Shown here in pieces: positions 50,764 to 60,147 of a stretch of 64,000 nucleotides of DNA. The first letter of the stretch is position 1. The number at the start of each line of letters is the position of its first letter. The notes below the pieces were generated by a model. It searched no databases. It worked only from the letters and a program-made list of their open reading frames with translations, and had not been told where the DNA came from. The stretch is from Syntrophales bacterium (GTDB taxonomy: Bacteria; Desulfobacterota; Syntrophia; Syntrophales; UBA2210). The translations under genes were made by a program, and so were the position numbers. The stretch spans positions 2,240,001 to 2,304,000 of the forward strand of contig CAXXKT010000001.1 of NCBI GenBank assembly GCA_963662405.2, written 5' to 3'.

Positions 50764-51306
50764 ATGACGAAACTTGAAAAATGGGTTCTATTTATTGATT
50801 TTGTAAACGGATGGTGGGGGAGAATATTATCCTATCTTGCCCCGGTTATGGCAGTTTTAATTGTCTTTGAGATAGTGATGAGGTATTGCTTTAATTCCCC
50901 CACAACGTGGAGTAACGAACTGACACAAATGATATTTGGATGTTATGTGGTATTATGTGGTGGATATGTGCTTTTACGGGGGAAACATGTACGTGTTGAT
51001 ATATTATCCTCTCACTTTTCACCTAAAACCCAAGCTGTTATCGAGATAGTAACTTCTCCTCTTTTCTTCGTTTTCTCTGGAATGCTGTTATATTATGGGG
51101 GTTCTTTTGCCTGGGAATCGGTAAGTGCTTTGGAACATACCCAAACAGCATGGAATCCTCCCTCGTACCCGGTGAAATTAATGGTCCCCGTGGGGGCTTT
51201 TTTCTTGCTGTTGCAAGGTATAGCAACACTGATCCGGAACGTTGTCGTGCTTTTTGGCGGACAGAATCTGGTGCTGGCACAGGGCAAGGAGAGGAGTGAC
51301 ATATGA
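50764..51306 (+). CDS. dctQ: TRAP small permease
   Basis: EIVMRY...PTTWSNELT...HVRVD. Confidence 0.9.
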   Translation: MTKLEKWVLFIDFVNGWWGRILSYLAPVMAVLIVFEIVMRYCFNSPTTWSNELTQMIFGCYVVLCGGYVLLRGKHVRVDILSSHFSPKTQAVIEIVTSPLFFVFSGMLLYYGGSFAWESVSALEHTQTAWNPPSYPVKLMVPVGAFFLLLQGIATLIRNVVVLFGGQNLVLAQGKERSDI

Positions 51307-52622
51307 GTATTGAGCTGTTGACTATTTTGTTTTTTGGGGCCCTGATGATTTTCATTTTTCTCGGGGTGCCCCTTGCATTCGTTCTCGGTGGACTGTCACT
51401 TGTATTTCTTGCTTTCACATGGGGACCCGGGGCCTTTTTTATAGTACCCGTACATGTCGCCGGTTCAATGGGAAGTTTTAGCCTTGTTGCCATCCCGTTG
51501 TTTATATTTATGGCCATGCTTTTAGAACGATCAGGGGTGGCTGAGGATTTGTACCAAGCGATGTACCTATGGTTTGGTAGACTCCCAGGAGGATTGGCGA
51601 TCGGGACTTTGGCCATCTGCGCAATTTTTGCCGCCATGTGTGGTGTCAGTGCTGTGGCTGTAGTGACAATGGGTGCCATTGCCCTTCCCTCGATGAGACG
51701 CCGTGGGTATGACAAGCACCTCATAATCGGTTGTATCAATACCGGGGGAGGGTGGGGAGTTCTCATACCGCCCAGCATTCTCATGATTGTTTATGCCATG
51801 ATTGCAGAAGAGTCCGTCGGAAAGCTGTTCGCGGGTGGTGTGCTCCCGGGGCTGCTGCTTTTTGTGCTCGTTTCCACCTATATTGGGGTTCGGTGTTTCC
51901 TTCAGCCGAGCTTGGCGCCACCACTGCCCCCTGAAGAACGTGTGAATCTGAGGGAAAAAATCAAAGCTCTCCGATCAATCTTTTTACCTATGATGATCGT
52001 TATAATGGTTTTAGGTTCCATTATGATGGGAATTGCGACACCCACTGAGGCAGCTGGGCTGGGTGCCTTGGGTTCCGTGATTGCAACTCTTGTACACAGA
52101 AAATTAAACTGGACGCTGTTCTCCGAGGCATCCATTAATACCTTGGAACAAACCGGGATGATCATGTGGATCATCTTTGGTGCCCACTGTTTCAACGCGG
52201 CTTACCAGTCGATGCAGGCTTGCGAGTTGTTTACCCGTTTGATGCTACACATACCAGGCGGGCCTTGGGGGACGATTATATTTATCCAGATCGTGATTTT
52301 CATACTCGCGATGGTCTTGGACCCAGTTGGGATCATGATGATAACCCTTCCCGTGTTTTTACCGGTTATAACGTCTTATGGGTTTGATTCCCTTTGGTTT
52401 GGTATTCTCTTCGTCATTAATCTTCAGATAGGATATATGACGCCCCCCTTCGGGTTCAACCTTTTTTACACAAAGGCTATTGTTCCCCCTGATATTACCA
52501 TGGGCGACATATATAAATCGGTTACACCTTACGTGCTCGTTTCTCTTGTGGGTCTTATCTTTGTCATGGTGTTCCCCGAGATTGCGGTATGGCTCCCTAA
52601 TAAACTTTTTGGAGGAAACTGA
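51303..52622 (+). CDS. dctM: TRAP large permease
   Basis: LVAIPLFIFM, LIPPS, ATPTEAA, TPPFGFNLF. Confidence 0.92.
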   Translation: MSIELLTILFFGALMIFIFLGVPLAFVLGGLSLVFLAFTWGPGAFFIVPVHVAGSMGSFSLVAIPLFIFMAMLLERSGVAEDLYQAMYLWFGRLPGGLAIGTLAICAIFAAMCGVSAVAVVTMGAIALPSMRRRGYDKHLIIGCINTGGGWGVLIPPSILMIVYAMIAEESVGKLFAGGVLPGLLLFVLVSTYIGVRCFLQPSLAPPLPPEERVNLREKIKALRSIFLPMMIVIMVLGSIMMGIATPTEAAGLGALGSVIATLVHRKLNWTLFSEASINTLEQTGMIMWIIFGAHCFNAAYQSMQACELFTRLMLHIPGGPWGTIIFIQIVIFILAMVLDPVGIMMITLPVFLPVITSYGFDSLWFGILFVINLQIGYMTPPFGFNLFYTKAIVPPDITMGDIYKSVTPYVLVSLVGLIFVMVFPEIAVWLPNKLFGGN

Positions 52623-52737
52623 ACCATAAAATACTAAAAGACCACTTCATGAAATGGAGCGGAATAAGTTGGTTTGCACGGCCTTGTGCTTGTGCAGTAA
52701 AATGACTAAGGATGGTGAGAAAGAGAGGTTGTTTTGT

Positions 52738-53985
52738 ATGGCATCAAGTGGGAAAGGGCCTTTAGCGGGTCTTAAGGTGGTTGATTTATCTGAATTTGTG
52801 GCGGTTCCCGTAGCGGCAAAGCTGTTTGCGGATTGGGGAGCGGAAGTCGTAAAGGTGGAAAAATTCGGAGGTGATGACTGGCGTTCGTATGGTCCGTTCT
52901 TTAATACCCCCTATGAGGACGATGAGAATCCGCTCTTTGACATGGAACATTTGAATAAAAAATTTCTTGCCCTGAATCTGAAGACGGATAAAGGCCGGGA
53001 GGTTATACACCGTCTCTTGTCCGAAGCAGACATATTTATGACGAACTACCGGGGTGATGCCCTCAAGAGGCTGGGGCTTTCATACGAGGATTTGACCGTG
53101 CTCTACCCGAAACTCATTTTTGCACATTTGACTGGGTTCGGAGAAAAAGGCCCCGATGCCGGAAGACCGGGGTTTGATGTCGTTGCCTATTGGGCTCGCA
53201 GTGGTGCGATGCTCGATCTGGTTCCGGCCGAGGTCGGCGTTCCTATCAACGCCCCCTTCGGGTTTGGAGATCATATCACAGGTTCGGCCCTTGCCGGGGG
53301 AGTCTTGGCCGCGTTATACAAACGGGAAAAAACCGGCCGCGGCGATAAGATAATTATGTCATTATTTGGTCACGCTATTTTTTGTGCCGGATGTATGATC
53401 ATGTCTGCCCAGGACAGGTATGGAGATCCTTTGCCGCGATACAGGGAGAGACCCGGTAGTCCTGTCGGACATACCTATCAGTGTAAAGATGGGAGGTGGA
53501 TACTCCTCTCCATCCTTGTGTACGATCGTTATTGGCCGATACTTTGTAAGGAGGTTCTTAACCGGCCCGATCTTCTTCAGGATGAACGTTTTCACACAAG
53601 GCCTACTCCTAAAGGGTATAGCGCCGAGTTGTACAAAATCTTACATGACGAATTTAAGAAAAAAGACTCCAATGAATGGTCTTCTCTACTCCGAGCGGCA
53701 GATATCGCCTTTGAGAATGTCGCACACTTCAGTGAGGTCACAAAAGACGAACAGGCGTGGGCCAATGGGTATATTTTTGAACATACCTTTAAGAACGGGA
53801 ATAAGGCGATATTGCCCAAGACATCCATTCAGTTCGGGAGTTACAACGTTCCTAACCCCCTTCCCCGGGCGGGGACGCGTGTGGGCGAACATTCGGCGGA
53901 TGTGCTTCTGAAGATGGGGTATACAGATTCCGAAATCGAGGATCTTGAAAAGGAGGGCATCATCAAAAAGCCTTCTTCACAATAA
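52738..53985 (+). CDS. Family III CoA-transferase (FldA/HadA/BaiF-like)
   Basis: PLAGLKVVDLS, PGFDVVAYWARSG, FGDHITG. Confidence 0.9.
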   Translation: MASSGKGPLAGLKVVDLSEFVAVPVAAKLFADWGAEVVKVEKFGGDDWRSYGPFFNTPYEDDENPLFDMEHLNKKFLALNLKTDKGREVIHRLLSEADIFMTNYRGDALKRLGLSYEDLTVLYPKLIFAHLTGFGEKGPDAGRPGFDVVAYWARSGAMLDLVPAEVGVPINAPFGFGDHITGSALAGGVLAALYKREKTGRGDKIIMSLFGHAIFCAGCMIMSAQDRYGDPLPRYRERPGSPVGHTYQCKDGRWILLSILVYDRYWPILCKEVLNRPDLLQDERFHTRPTPKGYSAELYKILHDEFKKKDSNEWSSLLRAADIAFENVAHFSEVTKDEQAWANGYIFEHTFKNGNKAILPKTSIQFGSYNVPNPLPRAGTRVGEHSADVLLKMGYTDSEIEDLEKEGIIKKPSSQ

Positions 53986-54062
53986 GATTCGATCACTTGA
54001 AATGAATATAATGTATGTGCGGGAGAAGGCGCAGGGAGGATTGACAAGAGGCAGAATCTTTA

Positions 54063-54173
54063 TGAAATACCCCGTCCTGTGGACGGGGATGAATGCGGAG
54101 CAGGGGCAGGGGGGATGCAATCCCCCTCATTTAAGCTTTTCAGATGCCCCGCCCTGTGGGCGGGGTAATTCTC
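54063..54173 (+). mobile_element. Miniature IS200/IS605-like element (paired end hairpins)
   Basis: GAAATACCCCGTCC-tgt-GGACGGGGATGAAT and GATGCCCCGCCC-tgt-GGGCGGGGTAATTCTC; preceded by TTTAT. Confidence 0.6.
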
Positions 54174-56054
54174 GTGTGCCCGGCATGGGCAGCAGCTTGG
54201 AGGTGAGAGTCCTCTACAGGTCCTGATGGTGGAAACTGTTAGCCGAGGGCAAGGGCGTCCATCGCGAGGTGGGGTCTGAAGGAAGCCGGAGGCAAAATCC
54301 CGATCCGAGGAACACGAATCGCATATCAGGCTGTATCATTGGGGCGAGCTTACGTGAGAAGGCGAAGCCCGTAGCCATCAAACGGTGATGCAGTAAATGC
54401 GGCGGATGCGGGGTGAAGGCGGCTGTTCTTACCCGGGGAGGTCTGGGAACCTGTCGGAGACGACAAGGGGTTTCGCAAGGGACTCTGAACGGTTTCCAGA
54501 AGTCAGCAGAGGCCGTATTAGGTGTGGCGCAAGCCGGGCTGAAGGGCCGAACGTGTGGTCGGTGGTGAGACTCAAGGATTCGTGGTCGTGGAGATGCGGC
54601 AACTTTCATTATTCGATGAAGGCCTTCTGTCATGTTTGAAGGGTGAAGCCCCGAGGAGAGATGGGAGGAGGTATCAAGCGGCGGCGGCATTGGAGAGATC
54701 CGAACCCATCATGGTTGACCTGATGCAGGAGGTAGTGAACAGGGAGAACGTGATTCGCGCATGGAAACGAGTCAGGGCGAACAAGGGGAGCCCCGGCATT
54801 GACGGGATGACCGTCGATGAACTGACGGATTACCTGCGGGAACACTGGCCGCGGATTCGGGAGGAGTTGTTGACAGGGGAGTATCGCCCCCAACTGGTGA
54901 AAGAAGTAGTGATTCCGAAGCCGGGAGGCGGGACCAGACGGCTTGGTATCCCCACGGTGACGGATCGATTTATCCAGCAGGCAATTTTGCAGGTGCTCGA
55001 TCCCCTGTATGATCCGACCTTTTCGGACTACAGTTATGGCTTTCGTCCTCGTCGCCGTGCTCATCAGGCGGTGAACCGAGCGAAGAGATGCATATCTGAA
55101 GGATACGAATGGGTGGTCGATATTGACCTGGAGAAGTTTTTTGACCGGGTGAACCATGACATCCTCATGGGGAGACTGGCCAAGAGGATCGGTGACAAGC
55201 GCATTCTCCGGGTTATTCGTCGGTATGTGCAGGCCGGGATCATGGTCAATGGGGCCGTACAGGAAAGGTGGGAAGGGACGCCGCAGGGCGGACCCTTATC
55301 GCCGCTGCTGGGCAACATTCTTCTGGACGCACTGGACAAGGAGTTGGAACGGAGGGGTCACCGATTCTGCCGGTATGCGGACGATGTGAACATCTATGTC
55401 AAGTCTCAGCGCGCCGGGAAGAGGGTGTTTGAATCCATTGAGGCATTTTTGCTCAAGCGGTTGAAGCTTCGGGTGAACCGGGACAAGAGTGCGGTAGCCC
55501 GATACCATGAGCGGGGATTCTTAGGATTCGGCTTTACCTCCGGGAAACTCCTCAAGATCAAGCTGACGGGCAAGGCCCTGAGGAACTTCCGGGACCGAGT
55601 CCGGGCGATCACGAGGCGATCTCGGCGCGTCTCCATCAACCGGATAATCGAGGAACTCCAGACGTATTTGAGAGGATGGATCGGGTATTTTCATCTGATC
55701 GAGACGTGGACGATTCTGCGGGATCTGGATAGTTGGATGCGCAGGAGGTTGCGGTGTTTCATGGTCAAACAATGGGTAAACAACTGCCATACCCGTTATA
55801 AGAACCTGATCCATCTGGGAGTAGGGAAAGATCAGGCGCGTATCGCGGCAGGGTCAAGCAAAGGACCTTGGGCGTTGTCCAACATGAAACCGCTGAAGAT
55901 TGCTTTGTCCAATCGGTTTTTTGCCGAACGGGGTTTTCTTGGACTCTGGGGTCAGGCTCAAACATTGGGCAAGACTACATGAACCGCCGTGTACGGACCC
56001 GTATGCCCGGTGGTGTGGGAGGGCGAAGGCCGTGAGGCCTTCCCCTATCCCGAT
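54174..56054 (+). mobile_element. Group IIC intron, complete
   Basis: 5' GTGTGCCCGGCATGGG; IIC domain I motifs (GGTGAGAGTCC, CTGAAGGAAGC, GAGGAACACGAA, CTTACCCGGGGAGG); domains V/VI GAACCGCCGTGTACGGACCCGTATGCCCGGTGGTGTGGGAGG...CCTATCCCGAT. Confidence 0.93.
54555..55982 (+). CDS. ltrA: Group II intron reverse transcriptase/maturase without endonuclease domain; true start may be ATG 54594 or 54711
   Basis: NKGSPGIDG, RRLGIPTVTDR, SYGFRP, DLEKFFD, GTPQGGPLSP, RYADD, LRGWIGYF. Confidence 0.95.
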   Translation: MVGGETQGFVVVEMRQLSLFDEGLLSCLKGEAPRRDGRRYQAAAALERSEPIMVDLMQEVVNRENVIRAWKRVRANKGSPGIDGMTVDELTDYLREHWPRIREELLTGEYRPQLVKEVVIPKPGGGTRRLGIPTVTDRFIQQAILQVLDPLYDPTFSDYSYGFRPRRRAHQAVNRAKRCISEGYEWVVDIDLEKFFDRVNHDILMGRLAKRIGDKRILRVIRRYVQAGIMVNGAVQERWEGTPQGGPLSPLLGNILLDALDKELERRGHRFCRYADDVNIYVKSQRAGKRVFESIEAFLLKRLKLRVNRDKSAVARYHERGFLGFGFTSGKLLKIKLTGKALRNFRDRVRAITRRSRRVSINRIIEELQTYLRGWIGYFHLIETWTILRDLDSWMRRRLRCFMVKQWVNNCHTRYKNLIHLGVGKDQARIAAGSSKGPWALSNMKPLKIALSNRFFAERGFLGLWGQAQTLGKTT

Positions 56055-56192
56055 TCAGCCGCATGAAACTTCAGCCCTTTGTCCAGAGATGTGGCGAGTG
56101 TTGGAGAGGACTCAAGCGGGTTTAATGCTCTGAAGAAAAATAGCAAGTCCTGCGATGATTTGATTTCGGAAAGAGAAAATGAGGAGGAAGAG

Positions 56193-57242
56193 ATGAAGCG
56201 GAAAACATGGGGCAGAATAGCTTACTGTATTGTGATGTTGTCACTTATTAGTTTTACCTTACCATGTCAGCGGGTACATGCGGATGAGCAAGGAAGAATT
56301 AAAGCACTTGAAGCGAAGATCGCAGCTCTTGAAGAAGGGAGTATCCGTGTAATACACCCAGCTCCATGGGTGAAAGTTGCGGATGATCCTAAACTTGTAA
56401 TTGAGGGTCCGGCATTTGATCGAGAGGGTAATCTTTATGTATCAGGGGTTGGAACTGGAGAGATATTCAAGATTACACCAAATAAAAAAGTTACAAGCTT
56501 CTTTAAACATCCTGCTATAAATCATATGTCTTCTATCGATATCCATAAAGATGGAAGACTCTTTTGTTGTACTTATACATTAGGGACTATAATTGTTGTT
56601 ACCCGTGATGGAAGTAGTTACGAGGTAATAGTTGATAAAGCTAATGTTGAGGGAATGAAAACCCCCGATGATATAGTGTTTGATTCTAAAGGGAATTTCT
56701 ACTTTACTGATCTTTTTGCCAGTAAAGTTTGGTATGTCACGTCAGATTTTAAAACTGTAACCGAACTCAAACCGAGAGGGACTTTCCCCATGTACCCTAA
56801 TGGAATTAGTTTGGTTGAGAGCCCAATTTCCGGGAAAGAAAAACGCTTATTGATAGCCGAGTATAAGGATGGATTTTTATGGCGTTTTGATATCGACGCA
56901 GCAACACCGTGGAAAGCCGCTCCTATGACATTGGGGTCAAATTTCTACCCTGTGAATTTTGTTGCGCCTATGTCTGACTCAAATGCAGTAGATGCAGACG
57001 GTAATGTGTATCAATGTGTCAATGGTAGGGGTATTATTATCCTGGAAGCAAATACGTATAGACGTGTAGCAGAGGTGCGGTTTCCGGTAGTGGATTCCGG
57101 GGAACAAATGGGTGTGACTAACATGACCATTAAACCTGGTACCAATGAAGCGTACGCGGTGGTGAGTCATGGCCCACACGGTGCTGAAGTCTACAAGTTT
57201 ACTGCACTTGGCAAAGCTCCGGCTTATTTTTCACATCAATAG
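56193..57242 (+). CDS. Secreted SMP-30/gluconolactonase (Drp35-like) beta-propeller lactonase
   Basis: Signal peptide; EGPAFDREGNLY, PDDIVFD, PNGI, SDSNAVDADGNVY; AT-rich. Confidence 0.85.
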   Translation: MKRKTWGRIAYCIVMLSLISFTLPCQRVHADEQGRIKALEAKIAALEEGSIRVIHPAPWVKVADDPKLVIEGPAFDREGNLYVSGVGTGEIFKITPNKKVTSFFKHPAINHMSSIDIHKDGRLFCCTYTLGTIIVVTRDGSSYEVIVDKANVEGMKTPDDIVFDSKGNFYFTDLFASKVWYVTSDFKTVTELKPRGTFPMYPNGISLVESPISGKEKRLLIAEYKDGFLWRFDIDAATPWKAAPMTLGSNFYPVNFVAPMSDSNAVDADGNVYQCVNGRGIIILEANTYRRVAEVRFPVVDSGEQMGVTNMTIKPGTNEAYAVVSHGPHGAEVYKFTALGKAPAYFSHQ

Positions 57243-57482
57243 GAGATAATGGAACAAACGAAATATGATACATCTGTCAGAGGGCAAGACGGTAATGAGA
57301 AACCATAAAGAAGTGTTGAGAAAAAATGTGTTAAATCAAAATAAAAATCCGTATCATATAAGTATGCCGCGGTCAAAAAGGCGAACAGAGCCTCCCTCGA
57401 ATGGATATAGACGGAAGGATCACTTATCTCTATCCTTCCGTTCTGTTGTTGCCACACACTGGGTGAGAGGAGAAAGCGGTGG

Positions 57483-57947
57483 TCAGATTTTGTAAGTTAT
57501 CAGACTGTATATGGCAACGTCAAAAACATAGTATTGGGTTTTGAAATGTTGGCCAGTAAAATTTTTCGCTATATGAATCGAGCTTTTACCCTTGATGAAA
57601 TCGATCACCTGCGCCACAGAATATTTCGGCGGTATGGAGATCAACATAGGGACATGATCAGATCTGAGATGCCCCTCCAAGACGTTACTTTCCCTCTGCA
57701 TCGCGAGGTCTTTGAATGTTGACCCGAGATACTGACGTAATTGCTCATATATCGCTCTCCTCCGGTATTTCGGTCTCCATACCACATGATACTTGCATTC
57801 CCATACACTATGGCTTAAAATCGCGCTGTCTTTCAATTGAAACCTCCTCCCCTGTAAACTTCGAACGGTTCACGGTGAGGAGGTTTTCTTTATATTCCCG
57901 GAGATGTCAAACTCAGGGAGTCCCCCGGCAAAGCCGGGGGTTTACCT
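57483..57947 (-). pseudogene. tnpA: IS200-family element relic: truncated tnpA (57836-57483) with left-end hairpins
   Basis: LSHSVWECKYHVVW.PKYRR; HUH motif degraded to DHVP; IPPKYSV...IKGKS; C-terminus lost; hairpin CCCCCGGC-aaa-GCCGGGGG at 57922-57940. Confidence 0.85.
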
Positions 57948-58263
57948 AAATAAAATTATTAAAATATGGAAAGAGCCTCTTCCCAAAAGGGGATCTGGGA
58001 AGATTCTAAAAAAGAACCGTGAAACTTTTCATGATGCTCCAGCTTGTTTTTGCTTATCTGTCAAAACCACCGACAATGTCAGTGGGGGGGCGTGGGAGGC
58101 ATGTGTGCACCGATTATATAAGGTTTTACCTTATATAATACTGATAATTAATTGGTATTCCATTTTTTTGTTTAGCTGGGGTACATAAAGCGAACAGATG
58201 GTGATGGGTCGTTGGTATTTTTTATTTGATACAAAATGTATACGGCACAGGAGGAATTAGACG

Positions 58264-60099
58264 GTGGAATTTAAATATGATGTGAGGGATCTGCAGTTTA
58301 TTCTAAAGGAATGGCTTCCCATGGAGGAGGTCCTGGCATGTGATCGTTTCAAGGACAACTACGGTCTGGATGATGCCGATATGTACCTGAGCGAGGGGTA
58401 CAAGGTGGCTCGCGAGGTGGTCAGTCCGATTAATGCCGAGGGGGACAAGATCGGCGCCATCCTTAAGGACGGCGTGGTAACGGCGCCCCCCGGGTACGCT
58501 GAGGTATACAAATTTCTCCAGGAAAACGGTTGGGGGTCCACGAGCGAGTGTGTCGAGCTGGAAGGCGGGATGCCACTCAGTCTCTACAAGGCCATCTTCG
58601 AGATGAATACGGCGGCCTGCCCCGCCGTCATGTCGTATGTCAAGTTGACGAGCGGCGTGGCGAATCTCCTCATCGAGTTCGGTGAGGAAAAGGACAAGGC
58701 TCTCTTTCTGCCCAAGCTCCTCGGCGGTGACTGGCAGGGGACGATGTGTATCACTGAACCGAATGCCGGTTCCGATGTGGGTGACTCCACGACAAAGGCT
58801 TTTCCGACGGACGACCCCGCGGTCTGGAAGATCAAAGGTACCAAGATGTTCATTACCGGCGGGGACGCAGGCACCTGTGAGAACACGATTCACATGGTCC
58901 TGGCGCGGCCCGAGGGAGGTGCACCCGGATCTGCCGGTCTCGGGTTGTATATCGTTCCCAAGTACCGGGTGAATGATGATCAGTCACTGGGTGCCTTCAA
59001 CGATGTGATAACTGTTGGAATCGAACACAAGATGGGGCTGAGGGCTCAGGCGACGGCGCTCCTGAATTTCGGCGAGAACGACGACTGCTACGGTATCAGA
59101 ATGGGGCCCATGCCCGACGAGAAGGGACGGTCTAGGGGACTGGGCATGATGTTCAACATGATGAACGAGTCTCGGATCGGCACGGGGCACAACTCCAATA
59201 CGCAGGCTGCGGTGGCCTATTCCTTCGCATCACGGTATGCCACGGAACGTATCCAGGGCAGGCCCTTCGGCGATGCGAAGGCCGAGAGGGTCCCCATCAT
59301 CAAACATGAGGACATACGAAGGATGCTCCTCGATATGAAGGCCATGACAGAGGGTGTCCGAGCCATGATCTTCAAGGGCTTCTACTATCTCGATATAGCC
59401 GGAAACTCGGCCGATAAGGAAAAGGCCAAGGCCTGTGCCGGTCTGGCGGCGGTGTTGACACCTCTGGTCAAGGGTTACGGGAGCGAGGTGAGTCTCGGCG
59501 TCATCGCGGAGGCGATGCAGGTCCTGGGCGGTGTCGGTTACACCACCGAATATCCCATCGAACAATCGATGCGCGACTCGAAGATCCTGACCATCTGGGA
59601 GGGGACCACCTTCATCCACGGGAACGACTTGGTGGGCCGCAAGATGAGGATGGAGGGAGGCACCCCCTTTGACAACTGGATGGCCACCATCAAGGATTTT
59701 ATCGATGCCAAGGGGGGTACCCCCGGCCTTGTCGAGGAGATAGGGCGGCTTCAAAAGGCCTACGACTGTGTCGAGGAGATACGCGCTCTCTATAGTACGT
59801 GGTACGCGAATATGGATGAAAAGAAAGAGTTTATCCCCCTCAACGCGGTTCGTGTGATGACGATATGCGGCCAGGTTCAGGTGGCCCAGTGCCTTCTTGA
59901 GCAGGCCGTGATCGCTACAAGAAAGCTCGCAGATCTCCCCGCAGACCACTTCGATCGACCCTTCTATGAGGGGAAGGTGGCCAGCGGTCGGTACTATGCC
60001 AATCAGGTCCTGCCCGCCACCTTCATGCTAACGGAGATGATCAAGAGCGAGGACCGGGCCTGTCTGGACTGCCCGGAGGAGGCCCTCATTGTCGAATAG
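58264..60099 (+). CDS. Acyl-CoA dehydrogenase (long, ~600 aa type)
   Basis: GTMCITEPNAGSD, GTKMFITGG, IEHKMG, QVLGGVGY, IWEGT. Confidence 0.93.
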   Translation: MEFKYDVRDLQFILKEWLPMEEVLACDRFKDNYGLDDADMYLSEGYKVAREVVSPINAEGDKIGAILKDGVVTAPPGYAEVYKFLQENGWGSTSECVELEGGMPLSLYKAIFEMNTAACPAVMSYVKLTSGVANLLIEFGEEKDKALFLPKLLGGDWQGTMCITEPNAGSDVGDSTTKAFPTDDPAVWKIKGTKMFITGGDAGTCENTIHMVLARPEGGAPGSAGLGLYIVPKYRVNDDQSLGAFNDVITVGIEHKMGLRAQATALLNFGENDDCYGIRMGPMPDEKGRSRGLGMMFNMMNESRIGTGHNSNTQAAVAYSFASRYATERIQGRPFGDAKAERVPIIKHEDIRRMLLDMKAMTEGVRAMIFKGFYYLDIAGNSADKEKAKACAGLAAVLTPLVKGYGSEVSLGVIAEAMQVLGGVGYTTEYPIEQSMRDSKILTIWEGTTFIHGNDLVGRKMRMEGGTPFDNWMATIKDFIDAKGGTPGLVEEIGRLQKAYDCVEEIRALYSTWYANMDEKKEFIPLNAVRVMTICGQVQVAQCLLEQAVIATRKLADLPADHFDRPFYEGKVASGRYYANQVLPATFMLTEMIKSEDRACLDCPEEALIVE

Positions 60100-60147
60100 G
60101 CCGCGTGCCTGTTTTCTGATAAACTATAAACTTTATATAAGGAGTGA

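Noticed and set aside
54555..55982. RT as a retron, DGR, CRISPR-associated or defence RT
   Set aside because: It lies within a full group IIC ribozyme and has a maturase domain; no template/variable repeat pair, array or effector gene is nearby.
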